Of a stretch of 64,000 nucleotides of DNA, positions 25,427-37,290 are shown piece after piece (the stretch's first letter is position 1; the number at the start of each line of letters is the position of its first letter). The DNA comes from Mobula hypostoma (Eukaryota): NCBI RefSeq assembly GCF_963921235.1, contig NC_086097.1, positions 208,198,001 through 208,262,000 on the forward strand, in the 5' to 3' direction. Below the pieces are notes generated by a model that made no database searches, was not told the origin of the DNA, and saw nothing but the letters and a program-made list of their open reading frames with translations. The translations under genes and the position numbers were made by a program.

Positions 25427-27107
25427 CATACATCAGGATGCTCTTTATTGACTACAGCTCAGCATTTAATACCATTATCCCCTCAAAACTAATCGGTAAA
25501 CACCAAGACCTCAATACCCCCTTGTGCAATTGGATCCTGGATTTCTTCATTTGCAGACCTCAGTCAGTTCAGATTGGCAAAAACATCTCCTTCACAATTT
25601 CCATCAGCAGAGGTGCACCACGGGGCTGTGTGCTTAGCTCCCTGCTCTACTCACTTGATCTTATGACTATGTAATTACATACAGCTCCAATGCCCATATT
25701 CAAGTTTGCCGATGACACCACTGTTGTGGGCTGTATCGAAGGTGCTCATGAATCAGCATACAGGAGGGAGATTGAATATTTGGCTGAGTGGTGTCATGAC
25801 AACGACATCTCACTCAATGTCAGGAAGACCGAGGAACTGATTGTTGACTTCAGGAGGGGAAAGCCAGAGGTCCCTGAACCAGTACTCATCAGAGGATCAG
25901 AGGTGGAGATGGTCAGTAACTTCAGATTCCTGGGTATCACTATCTCAGAAGATCTGTTCTGGACACATCATATAAATATAATTGCAAAAAAAACACAACA
26001 GCACCTTTACTTCCTTAGAAGTCTGCAATGATTCAGGGCTTGACATCTAAAACTTCAACAAACTTCTATAGATGTGCAGTGTAAAGTGCATTGACTGGCT
26101 GCATTGTGGCCTGGTATGGGAACACTAATGCCTTTAATGCCTTTGAGCAGAAAATCCTACAAAAAGTAGTGGATTTAGCCCAGGTAACACCCTCCCAATC
26201 ACTGAGCATGTCTACATGAAATGCTACCATCGGAAGGTAGAATCCATCATCAAAGATCCTCACCGCCAAGGCTATGCTCTTTTCTCACTGCTGTTATCAG
26301 GTAGAAGGTACAAAGTGCCTCAGGACACACAGCACCTGTCACAACCACCGATTCGGCAGCACAGCAGATTCGGCACTTGTGCTTGTGATTATGTACATGT
26401 CTGCTAATTATTATTTCATTGTGATGGTATTTAACTCCATTCATTCCGTCGTAGTATTTGTCGAGACTTGGGCACAGCTACACTTGGCTGCCTGCTTGCA
26501 TTCCGCCTTGCCTGAGAAATTGGACTGTTGAGTCAACTGACTCTGAAGACTAACGATATTTGTTTTATTCTTAGTTGTTCTTTTCAGCTGCAGTGTCGGC
26601 TTTGTTTTCCATTTGAGGGTTTTAGTTAACGGCCCTGTTTGGCCTAGCATTTATTGTTTTCTTTTCCCTTTAACACTGTTTGCATTAAAGTCTGTGAACT
26701 ATCGACCTGCTTCAATGATCTCTCACTCCAAACTTGGGCCAAAACCGCACCGGGTGACAGCACCAGGTTCAAGAGTAGATACTACCCCTCAATCATTAGG
26801 CTCTTGAACAAAAGAGGATAGTTACACTCATTTATTGAGATGCTCCTACAACCAATGATCCCACTTTAAGGACTCTTTATCTTGTTATTTCATGTTGTCA
26901 TTATTTATTGCTATTTATTTATTTTGCATTTGCACAGCTTGTTGTCATCTTTGCTCTACTTTCTCTTTCATAGATCCTGTTACTATTCTATAGATTATAT
27001 AGTTACTATTCTTTAGATTTGCTGAGTATGCCTGCAGGAAAAAGAATCTCAGGGTTGTATGTGGTGACATGTATGTAGTCTGATAATAAATTTTACTTTA
27101 CTTTGAA
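25427..27107 (+). mobile_element. Second Rex1/Babar LINE, 5'-truncated, with solo LTR inside
   Basis: [37 protein letters not shown]; (ACTTT)n-type tail. Confidence 0.88.
26337..26759 (+). mobile_element. Solo LTR (423 bp), 5-bp TSD
   Basis: TGTCAC...GTGACA inverted termini; perfect gcacc duplication (26332-26336, 26760-26764); attaaa near the 3' end; the host LINE resumes seamlessly. Confidence 0.88.
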
Positions 27108-27179
27108 CAATTGGAAAAATATGAATAGTTGATCCAAATAAAGCTCTCATTAGAAATAAATACCTTAATTGTTATTGGG

Positions 27180-28620
27180 CTTTTATAACACTGCAGAAGT
27201 AGTATCAGAGTAAATATCTAAAAAAAAGAGTATTTTAGATATGTGAAGTGTAAGAGGAAGACAAGGGTAGGCATTAGACACAAGAAACTGATGCTGGAGA
27301 AGTAGTAATGGGGAACAAAGAAGTAGTGGAGGAACTGAATCGCATTTTGTGTCAGTCTTTATGGTGTAAAAATAACTTGCCAGAAATCCAAGTAAGTCAG
27401 GGGCAGAGGTGAGAGTAGTGGCCATTATTATGGATTAGATGATGTGAAAGTTGAAAAGCCTGAAGATGGAAAAGTCATCTGGACAAGAAAGACTATACTT
27501 CAGAGTTCTAAAAGAGGTAGCTGAAGAGATTGCAGACATATTTGTAATCTTTCGAGAATCACTAGAGTCAGGGAGGGTCCCGGAGGACAGGAAGATAATA
27601 AATATAACATTCCTGTTTAACAAAGGATGAAGAGTAAGCCTGGCCTCAGTGGTTGGTAAGATATTAGTGCCCATTAGTGAGGGTGAAATTGCAGAATACT
27701 TCAAAGTGAATGATTAAATAGGACAAAGTCAGCACAGTTTTGTTAAGTGGCGATTTTGCCTAACAAATCTATTAGTATTCTTTGAGGAATTAACAAGTAG
27801 ATTAGACAAAAGAGAATCAGTGGATATTATTTGATTAGATTTTCAGAAGGCCTTTAAAAATCATACCACACATGAGGCTGCTAAACAAAATCGGAGACCA
27901 TGGTATTACGGGAAAGGTGCTAGCATGGATAGAAGATTGACTGACTGGTAGAATGCAGCAAGTGGAGATAAAGGGGTAATTTTCAGAATGTCTGCTGGTA
28001 ACCAGTGGAGTTCTACGTGAGCCAGTATTAGGACCACAACTTTTCACTATGAAGGAACTGATGGCAGTCTGACCAAGCTGTAGACAATACAAATATAGGT
28101 GGAAGGACGGGTAGAGTCACAAAGGCAGGGAGTCTGCAGCAGGAATTGGGTAGGTTACAAGAATGGGTAAAAAAGTGGTAGATACAAATTAGTGAAATAA
28201 AATGTGGTGTTATGCACTTTGGTAGACAGAATAAAAGTGTAGACTATCTTTTAAATGAGGAGAGAATTCAGGAATTGAAGGCGGAGAGAGCTTGGGAATC
28301 CTATTCAGGATTCTCTTAAAGTTAACTTGCAGGCTAATTTGGTAGTAAGGAAGGCAAATGGAATGCAACAATTTATTTTGAGAGTACTAGATACACTGCG
28401 CAGAGTTTTATAAGGCAATGGTCAGATCAGATTTGAAATATTGTGAGCAGATTTGGGTGGCGTATCTAAGAAAAGATTTTTGGCTTTAGAGAAGTTCCAG
28501 AGGAAGTTGACAAAAATGATCCCGGGAATGGAAGGCTTTACATATGGGGAATGTTTGATGTCTCTGGAACTGTAAAGAAATGGAATTCAGAAGGATGAGG
28601 GGTGATTTCATTGGAACCAT
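27180..28620 (+). mobile_element. Decayed CR1 ORF2
   Basis: Degenerate EVAEEIAD..IFRESLESGRVPED, SQH.FVK, DFQKAF, LGPQLF segments with many stops. Confidence 0.75.
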
Positions 28621-28749
28621 AGACCGCTGACAGCAGCTTGCTGAAGTCCATTGTCCTGGTCCAGTCTTTCAAGTTATCTCAACCGTAGCCCATCTTCTCC
28701 TTCCTCTCCTAGGGATAAGGTCTTTAGTGCTTCTGTTGGCATTTCTGTA

Positions 28750-29129
28750 CTTAGTGTGCATTATGCAGCTGTTGTTTAGGACAGCAATGAAGGTCCTCCA
28801 TCTCCATCAGTAGCTTCCTCAATTTTCACTACTGTCAATCATGCAGGTCCCAGGTGGAGATTCAGGAACACCGTCATACTCAGATGTTGAAGGATTCTTC
28901 TTTGCTGTTTCCATAACAATTTTGTTTTACCAGTCAGGGTTGCTAAACCCCTGAACCTGGAGGACCGGTGGACCACTTAGTCTCTCCTCTATCCTTTGAC
29001 CTGTTCAGCATGGGTAACTCTACCAAGAGGTAAAGCATAAAGCCCCGACTCCAACCAACCCATAGCTCACTGGATTATTGAGGCATGTAAGCCTCCAAAC
29101 CATGACAAGGTTGTGGTCTTCTTCGAGGA
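28750..29129 (-). mobile_element. RTE-derived bipartite SINE-like element (inner)
   Basis: 11-bp TSD gcatttctgta/gcatgtctgta. Expander/BovB-like 5' leader (ccttgtcatgg...ctcaataatccagtgagctatg) fused to an RTE-like 3' end (gatggaggaccttcattgctgtcctaaac). Confidence 0.7.
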
Positions 29130-29174
29130 GCATGTCTGTAGCACTAGGTTTTATGGGATGGGGTTGCTATCCCC

Positions 29175-29227
29175 ATGCCTAGGCACCCTTCTTTTGAAGC
29201 CAAGCTTGGGATCATCCATAGCAGAGT
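29175..29227 (-). ncRNA. Decayed twister-ribozyme-like motif (3' cleavage product)
   Basis: ACUCUGCU-AUGGA-UGAUCCCAAGCUUGG-CUUCAAAA-GAAGGG parallels the recalled twister pattern AACWCYGCC...CGGUCCCAAGCCCGG...AAA.GGAGGG. Several changes are C>T/G>A transitions. Confidence 0.5.
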
Positions 29228-29629
29228 GGCAATAGAAATGATTGGTGGATGTTTTTACTGATTAAGCCCCAATAAATTGCTGGTGGTCACCATTCTGACC
29301 AAAACACATGGTTCAGTGGTAGATGGCTGACAGACTGTTAATTTCAGATGGCAGTAAGTCATTGCCTGGACCTAGGGGAATACTCCCTGGCACCAAGCTC
29401 CATGAGTAAATAGCAACATAAAAATTATATATCTTGATGAAAGGTTGTCATCCCAAAAGAACTTGTTCACTCTTTCCAGAGATACTTCAACATTTTTGGT
29501 TTTATTTCAGGATTTCTGCATTTGCAGGATTTTCCTTTGAGAAATTATGATGTCATTGAGCATATACAATGCACACACAGGCAGCCGATTGACACAGATC
29601 AGACACTATTCCCTCAGCAGGGAAGGGAG

Positions 29630-31603
29630 GTTTTAGGTTTTGTAACTTCAAAACGTTAAACTAGTTCAAAGGAAAAGACAGGGAGTCAGGGAATACAGGT
29701 GTAACTTTGTCTTTACTTTAAGTGATGCACGCACATATCACTGGTAGCATGAAGACATATTCAATTCCCATATGTATACCTATAACCCATAATTAATGTT
29801 TTAACTAAATAGGAAAGCTTAATCCTATATATACAAGATTACTCAAATATAACTGAAATATAAAATACACAACACTCCCTGCTTAGCTATAAACTCCAAC
29901 TCAATGGAGAATGCATCTCAACAATATACACAGTGTATGATATGATACAACAGTTATATACAAGCATTCACAGTATACTAAATTTTAAATTGTCCCATTC
30001 AGACGTAAACATTTAATCGCTGTGGAGGATTTCTTACCCTTACAGGATAACATCTTTCCTGACAAGGGGGATCACTCTGATTGGCAGGTGAGACTTGTGG
30101 CTGTGAAACAATTTCAGGTTCCAGAGCCTCCTCCGTGGCAGTTGTAGGAGTTGCCTCTGAGACAGCAGGGATCAGTTCTGATAGCGGCAGCCAACCTTCC
30201 TCTCTATCTATTGACTCTGCTCTCCTCAACTGATTGAAGTGCCGTCTCCAGATGAGATCAGAAGCAATCTCCACTGTGTAGGAGAGTTGTCCAGTTCTGT
30301 CCTTAATCTCTCTGAGTATCCACTCTGTAATCCCCCACCAGGACTGCTTGTCCAGGAATGAACCATCAAACCTCCCTGTTTGAGGAGCCTTCAATTTGTC
30401 TCAGCTGTTTGTCCTGCATATTCCTTCTGAGATCGGATTTGAGAAGATCCAAGCGTGTATGCAAGGGATGAACCAGAAACAGTACAGCAGGTGAGTTGTT
30501 GGTTGTGGAGTGTGTTGCGTTATAATATGCAAGAGGAAGTTTGCAAGCATCTGCTTCAGTGTTAGTGTAATATGTTCTGCCGACACTGCTCACAGAGCAT
30601 TCTTTAGACTCTGGACAAACGTTTCCACCAAGCCATTTGTAGCTGAGTGGTACACTGCAGATGTAACATGTCTTATTCATTCATTCATTATTAGGAATGA
30701 TAGAAACCTATTCCCTCACAAATTGTGCCCATGATAGGTTTGGCAAAATCCACAGGAATCCTCTGCCAGGATGATGCAGGCCATTTCCAGGGATAGAGAG
30801 GCCCTGTTCTTGGCATCTTCTGGACATCTTGGCATTTCATATAGTGCATGGTAAGCTGCTTGTCCTGTTGATCTATCCCAGGCCACCAGACAAAGATTTG
30901 AGCCAATGCTTTTATTTTAATCATGCCTAGACGACCACCATTTAGCTCCTCCAACACTTTAGCCCTCAGCTTGGATGGTACCTCAGCTCTCAATCCCCAC
31001 ATAAGGCAACATTCAACAAGGGCAAATTCATTTCAGTGCTGGTGAAAATGGGGAAACTGGAGTTTCTGTTGTACATTCCTGTTATTTGGGTGCCCATGTA
31101 GACCTGAGACAGTGAGAGATCTTTTTTGGTTTCTCTTTGGATCATCTCTGTCGCTACAGGGAGACTTTCAACTTGTGTTAGATAGAATATGTCAAGAGGT
31201 GTGTCTTTTTAACTAAATTTTTCTGGCACTTCCTTTTCCAAGGGTAAACAGGACAATTCATCAGCATTTCCATGATTGGTTGTTCTCTTAAATTCCATCT
31301 TGTAATTGTGTCCTCCAAGAAACAGAGCCCATCTCTGCATTCTTGCTGCTGCTCTGAGCGGAGCAGCCTTCTGTGGATTGAAAATGGGCACTAATGGTTT
31401 ATAATCAGTAATGAGGATAATCTCTCTGCCATGCAAATACTGGTTGAAATGTTTTACACCCCAAACCAGACTCCAGGCCTCTCTGTCAATCTGTGCATGA
31501 TGTATGGTATATGTGAGCCCATGCCACAACAGTAACACAATTTGTTTCACCAGGCTGGGCTTTGTTCAGATGCTGCAACTTTGTTCATGCTCACTTCATT
31601 CCT
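29630..31603 (-). mobile_element. Second Ty3/Gypsy (Mag-like) element: 3' LTR, integrase, RNase H, gag fragment; 5' part missing
   Basis: LTR ~29630-29874 (minus starts tgttgtgt) preceded by PPT aagcagggag. AQIDREA.SLVWGVKHFNQYL (RH); KALA..FVWWPGID, DFAKP (IN); RYP.R.RNPP.RL terminus; gag knuckle-like LCYCCGMGSH near 31510-31545. Confidence 0.85.
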
Positions 31604-31725
31604 GGCTGTTGTAAATCTAGTTAAGAAGAAAAGAAAAGCTTACAAAAGATTCAGAGAGCTAGGTAATGTTAGAGATCGAGAAGATTATAAGGCTAACAGG
31701 AAGAAGCTTAAGAAGGAAATAAGGA

Positions 31726-32833
31726 CAATAGACAATAGACAATAGGTGCAGGAGTAGGCCATTTGGCCCTTTGAGCCAGCACCACCATACACTGTGATCA
31801 TGGCTGATCATCCACAATCAGACCCCATTCCTGCCTTCTCCCCATATCCCTTGACTCCACTATCTTTAAGAGCTCTATCTAACTCTTTCTTGAAAGAATC
31901 CAGCGAATTGGCCTCCACTGCCTTCTGAGGCAGAGCATTCCACAGATCCACAGCTCTCTGGGTGAAAAAGTTTTTCCTCAACTCCGTTCTAAATGACCTA
32001 CCCCTTATTCTTATTCTCTGGTTTTGGACTCGCCCAACATTGGGAACATGTTTCCTGCCTCTAGCGTGTCCAATCCCTTAATAATCTTATAAGTTTCAAT
32101 CAGATCCCCTCTCAGCCTTCTAAATTCCAGTGTCTACAAGCCCAGTTGCTCCAATCTTTCAACATATGACAGTCCCGCCATCCTGGGAATTAACCTTGTG
32201 AACCTGCGCTGCACTCCCTCAATAGCAAGAATGTCCTTCCTCAAATTTGAAGACCAAAACTGCACGCAATACTCCAGGTGTGGTCTCACCAGGGCCCTGT
32301 ACAGCTGCAGAAGGACCTCTTTGCTCCTATACTCAACTCCCCTTGTTATGAAGGCCAACATGCCATTAGCTTGCTTCACTGCCTGCTGTACCTGCAGTGA
32401 CTGATGAACAAGGACACCTAGATCTCGTTGTACTTCCCCTTTTCCTAACTTGACACCATTCAGATAGTAATCTGCCTTCCTGGTCTTGCCACCAAAGTGG
32501 ATAACCTCACATTTATCCACATTAAACTGCATCTGCCATGCATCTGCCCACTCACCCAACCTGTCCAAGTCACCCTGCATTCTCATAACATCCTCCTCAC
32601 ATTTCACACTGTCACCCAGCTTGGTGTCATCTGCAAAGTTGCTAATGTTACTTTTAATCCTTTCATCTAAATCATTAATGTATATTGTAAATAGCTGCGG
32701 TCCCAGCACCGAGCCTTGCGGTACCCCACTAGTCACTGCCTGCCATTCTGAAAAAGAACCCGTTAATCCCTCCTCTTTGTTTCCTGTCTGCCAACCAATT
32801 TTCTATCCATGTCAGTACCCTGCCCCCAATACC
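31726..32833 (-). mobile_element. CR1 LINE (subfamily C) nested in CR1-A
   Basis: [30 protein letters not shown]; (TCTATTG)n tail; short agga duplication; host frame KKEIR|RARRGHEK resumes. Confidence 0.92.
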
Positions 32834-33673
32834 AGGAGAGCCAGAAGGGGCCATGAGAAGGCCTTGGCGGGCAGGATTAAGGAAAACCCCAAGGCATTCT
32901 ACAAGTATGTGAAGAGCAAGAGGATTAGACATGAAAGGATAGGACCTATCAAGTGTGACAGTGGGAAAGTGTGTATGGAACTGGAGGAAATAGCAGAGGT
33001 ACTTAATGAATACTTTACTTCCGTATTCACTATGGAAAAGGATCTTGGTGATTGTAGTGATGACTTGCAGCAGACTGAAAAGCTTGAGCATGTAGATATT
33101 AAGAAAGAGGATGTGCTGCAGCTTTTGGAAAGCATTAAATTGGATAAGTCGCCGGGACCAGATGAGATGTACCCCAGGCTATTATGGGAGGCGAGGGAGG
33201 AGATTGCTGAGCCTCTGGCGATGATCTTTGCATCATCAAAGGGGACGGGAGAGGTTCCAGAGGATTGGAGGGTTGAGGGTGTTGTTCCCTTATTCAAGAA
33301 AGGGAGTAGAGATAGCCCAGGAAATTATAGAGCAGTGAATCTTACTTCAGTGGTTGGTAAGTTGATGGAGAAGATCCTGAGAAGCAGGATCTATGAACAT
33401 TTGGAGAGGTATAATATGATTAGTAATAGTCAGCATAGCTTTGTCAAGAGCAGATCGTGCCTTACGAGCCTGATTGAATTTTTTAAGGATGTGGCAAAAC
33501 ACATTGATGAAGGAAGAGCAGTAGATGTGGTGTATATGGATTTCAGCAAGGCATTTGATAAGGTACCCCATGTAAGGCTTATTGAGAAAGTAAGGAGGCA
33601 TGTGATCCAAGGGGACATTGCTTTGTGGATCCAGACTTGCTTGCCCACAGAAGGCAAAGAGTGTTTGTAGATG

Positions 33674-33858
33674 CAACACACATCAAAGTTGCTGGTGAAC
33701 GCAGCAGGCCAGGCAGCATCTCTACAGTTGATGTTTCAGGCCGAGACCCTTCGTCAGGACTGTACCTCTTCCTAGAGATGCTGCCTGGCCTGCTGCGTTC
33801 ACCAGCAACTTTGATGTGTGTTGCTTGAATTTCCAGCATCTGCAGAATTCCTGTTGTT
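33674..33858. mobile_element. Palindromic Penelope-derived mini-insertion containing a hammerhead core
   Basis: 14-bp TSD agtgtttgtagatg (33660-33673, 33859-33872); ~52-bp perfect inverted arms; minus strand carries CTGACGA-agggtctcggcct-GAAACATC. Confidence 0.92.
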
Positions 33859-34898
33859 AGTGTTTGTAGATGGGTCATTTTCTGCATGGAGGCCTGTGAC
33901 CAGTAGTGTTCCTCAGGGATCTGTACTGGGAACCTTACCCTTCGTGATTTTTATAAATGACCTGGATGAGGAAGTGGAGGGATGAGTTAGTAAGTTTGCT
34001 GATCACACAAAGGTTGGAGGTGTTGTGGACAGAGTGGAGTAGTCAGAGGTTACAGCAGGATATAGATAGGATGCAAAACTGGGCTGAGAAGTGGCAGATG
34101 GAGTTCAACCCAGGTAAGTGTGAAGTGGTTCATTTTGGTAGGTCAAATATGATGGCAGAACATAGTATTAATGGTAAGACTCTTGGCAGTGTGGAGGATC
34201 AGAGGGATCTTGGGGTCTGAGTCCATAGGACGCTCAAAGCAACTGCACAGGTTGGCTCTGTGGTTAAGAAGGCATACGGTGTATTGGCCTTCATCAATCG
34301 TGGAATTGAATTTAGGAGCTGAGAGGTAATGTTGCAGCTATGTAGGACCCTGATCAGACCCCACTTGAGGTATTGTGCTCAGTTCTGGTCGCCTCACTAC
34401 AGGAAGGATGTGGAAACCATAGAAAGGGTGCAGAGGAGATTTACAAGGATGTTGCCTGGATTGGGGAGCATGGCTTATGAAAACAGGTTAAGTGAACTCG
34501 GCCTTTTTTCCTTGGAGTAATGGAGGATGAGAAGTGACCTGATAGAGGTGTAGAAGATGATGAGAGGCATTGATCGTGTGGATAGTCAGAGGCTTTTTCC
34601 CAGGGCTGAAATGGCTGCCGCAAGAGGGAACAGGTTTAAGGTGCTGGGGAGTAGGTACAGAGGAGATGTCAGGGATAAATTTTTTTTACGCCGAGGGTGG
34701 TGAGTGCATGGAATGGGCTGCCAGCAACAGTGGTGGAGGCGGATACAATAGGGTCTTTTAAGAGACTTTTGGATAGGTGCATGGAGCTTAGAAAAATTAC
34801 TGGGTAACCCTAGTAATTTCTATGGTAAGGACATGTTTGGCGCAACTTTGTGAGCCGAAGGACCTGTATTGTGCTGTAGGTTTTCTATGTTTCTATGT

Positions 34899-35575
34899 AA
34901 GTATCTTGGGGCCCAGGTACCTACTGTCAGAAAGTGACAGGGTGATAATGAGAGCCTGAGGCATACTAGTTTCAATGGTCAAGGCACTGGGTATAAAATT
35001 CAGCAAGTCATATTGCAGCTGTACAAATATTTGGTTTGGAATATAGTGTGTGTTTCTGTTTGTCCCATTTTGAGAAGGATGTGGACGCTATAGAGAGAGT
35101 GCAGAAGAAGTTCACCATCGATTGGAGGGTATTTGTTGTAAGGAGAGGTTGGATACACTTGGATTGCTTTCTCTGAAGTGTCTGAGACTGAGGAGATACT
35201 TGATAGAGGTGTATGAAAGCATGAGAAGCATAATTAGGGTAGATAGTCAGAGGCTTTTCCTCAGGGCAGAAATGTCAGATATCAAATGCTGGTGGACATA
35301 GCTCGAAGGTGAAAGACACAAAGTTCAAAGGAGATATGTAGGGTATGGTTTTACATAAAGATCGCTAGATGCCTGGAACACACGACCAAGGATGGTGGTG
35401 ATAGCTGACGTGACAGTGGTATGTAATAAACATTTAGACAGGCACATGTACATACAGGAAATGGACGGATATGAATCACATGCTGGCTGATAGGTTTAGT
35501 TTCATTCATCACCTTGTACAGCATAGTTACATGTGGTGAAGGCCTGTTCCTTTGTTGTAATGTTCTATGTTCTTT
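34899..35575 (+). mobile_element. Older CR1 3' fragment
   Basis: Degenerate LQLYK.LV, KDVDAIERVQKKF and 3' UTR with ttctatgttct tail. Confidence 0.75.
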
Positions 35576-36894
35576 CATGATTTAAGTATGCTTTCACTGG
35601 CAAATAAAGTAGGACATAAGACTTAATTTATGTAAATAGATCTTGAAAGCAAATTGATTCTTTGTACACTTAGCAGTCCATGATTCCTGTCCAAAATCAG
35701 AAGACTTAAGTTGGGAAACTCTTGAGGACTGCTTATACTCCACTTAGACAACTTGAGTGGTTATTTTGAAAGTTTAAAAAGTATGTTAAAAACTCCCACC
35801 TCATGCATGAACCGGTGTAAAATAGGTGAAAATGATCTCAACAAATAATTTTCATTGGAAGTAAAATTTCCTAGAGTATGAAATATGTTGCAATTTGTTA
35901 TCACCAGTTTTATACCATCAGGCTGAGACAAAATTCCCTCCTATTTATGACTACTGAATCACAGATATGATGTGTAAGTGTATATCAGAAATCTGAATGA
36001 ACAATCTTACACATTTATTTAAAGAAGGCAACAATAAGTGATTTGAAATTAGCATATGTATGTTTTGTTCTTCAGCTATAAACTTAGTGAAATATTAAGT
36101 TCATTGGTAAACATGATGGAACATTAAATGTTAAATACATTGAATTAACACATTGTATTCTTTATAATTGTTGATCATGGGAATATTTTAAAATTGGTTT
36201 TCCTAGAAATCTGCAGGTATTACTTGATGATGTTTACAGAAAAAATAGACAAGAAGCAAGATGGTAGTTATTGCATGTTGTGTAGCTTTAGGCAGCCTGC
36301 CTAGAAATATGTTTTGACTTACTCATTTTTGTGATGTAGACCTCACTATTTATTTTACATCCCTACCCTGTTGGGAAGATGATAGTGAATCACCTCTTGA
36401 ACAATGACACCCTGTGAGTAGAAGGAACATCCACAATCCTATTAGGTAAAGAAATGAAGAATTTTGTTCTCCCAGTAATGAAGGAGGGGAAATAAGGTTC
36501 TGAGTCAGGACAACATAATTCTTTCTGTGGGGTGGTTGCAGATGTTGCTACATGCCTGATGCTTACATTTTTCCAAGCAGTGGAAATTTCAGGCTCAGTA
36601 GATCCAACAAGGGACAGTTGCTCCAGTGTATTTTGTAAATAGTATACAAAACAGTCATAATTCATTTCTGGCAGTGACTGGATGGTTAAGGTGTTAAATG
36701 GAATCCCAGTCAAGCAGGGTCCATCCTGTATTTTGCCGGCCAGCTAATGGTCAATCATATTACTAGTGTCTCAATTAACATATTGTCTGGCCTACACAGG
36801 CAGGCACCTCCCAGTATCCACCTATTCATGCTAACAGGCGTCACCTGCCACTGGGTTCCTATTCATCACTTGCGGTCTATTTAAAGCCAGCTGA

Positions 36895-37290
36895 CTGGAG
36901 ATCTGATAGGGGTGTATAAGATTATGAGAGGCATATATAGAGTAGACAGACATCTATTTTTTCCAGGGTTGAAATGGCTAATACCAAAGGACATGCATTT
37001 AAGGTGAGAAGGGGTAAGTTCAAAGGAGATGTAAGGGGTAAGTTTTTACACAGAGAGTGGTAGGTGCCTGGAATGTATTGCCTGGGCTGGTGGTAGAGGC
37101 AAATACATTAGAGACTTTTAAGAGATGTTTAAATAGGAACATGAATGTGAGAGAAATTGAAGAATGTGGACATTATGTTGGCGGAAAGGATTAGTTTAGT
37201 TGTGCATTTGATTACTAATTTAATTGGTTTAGCACAACATTGTGTGTTGAAGGGACTGTTCCTGTGTTGTTTTGTTCTTTGTTCTAATAG
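36895..37290 (+). mobile_element. CR1 3' end
   Basis: GDLIGVYKIMRGI.RVD...FKVRRGKFKGDVRGKF.TQRVVGAWN. Confidence 0.8.

Larger units (their letters stand above)
28622..29227 (-). mobile_element. RTE-derived non-autonomous element (outer), interrupted by a second one
   Basis: Minus-strand 5' end actctgctatggatgatcccaagcttgg...ggcatggggatagcaaccccatcccataaaa resembles RTE-clade 5' leaders; continues across the inner insertion. Confidence 0.55.
31604..34898 (+). mobile_element. CR1 LINE (subfamily A), 5'-truncated, with two nested insertions
   Basis: KENPKAFYKYVKSK, KSPGPD, YRAVNLTS, DFSKAFDKVPH, RPHLRYCAQFWSP; (TTCTATGT)n tail. Confidence 0.93.

Noticed and set aside
32486..33670. Longest ORF (394 aa) as a novel gene
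   Set aside because: Chimera: the antisense of nested CR1-C runs into sense CR1-A ORF2 across the insertion junction.
33674..33858. Hairpin as a MITE or miRNA gene
   Set aside because: Arms match Penelope terminal repeats elsewhere in the window, one end extends beyond the inverted repeat, and the 14-bp TSD does not fit common DNA transposons; there is no expression evidence for a miRNA.
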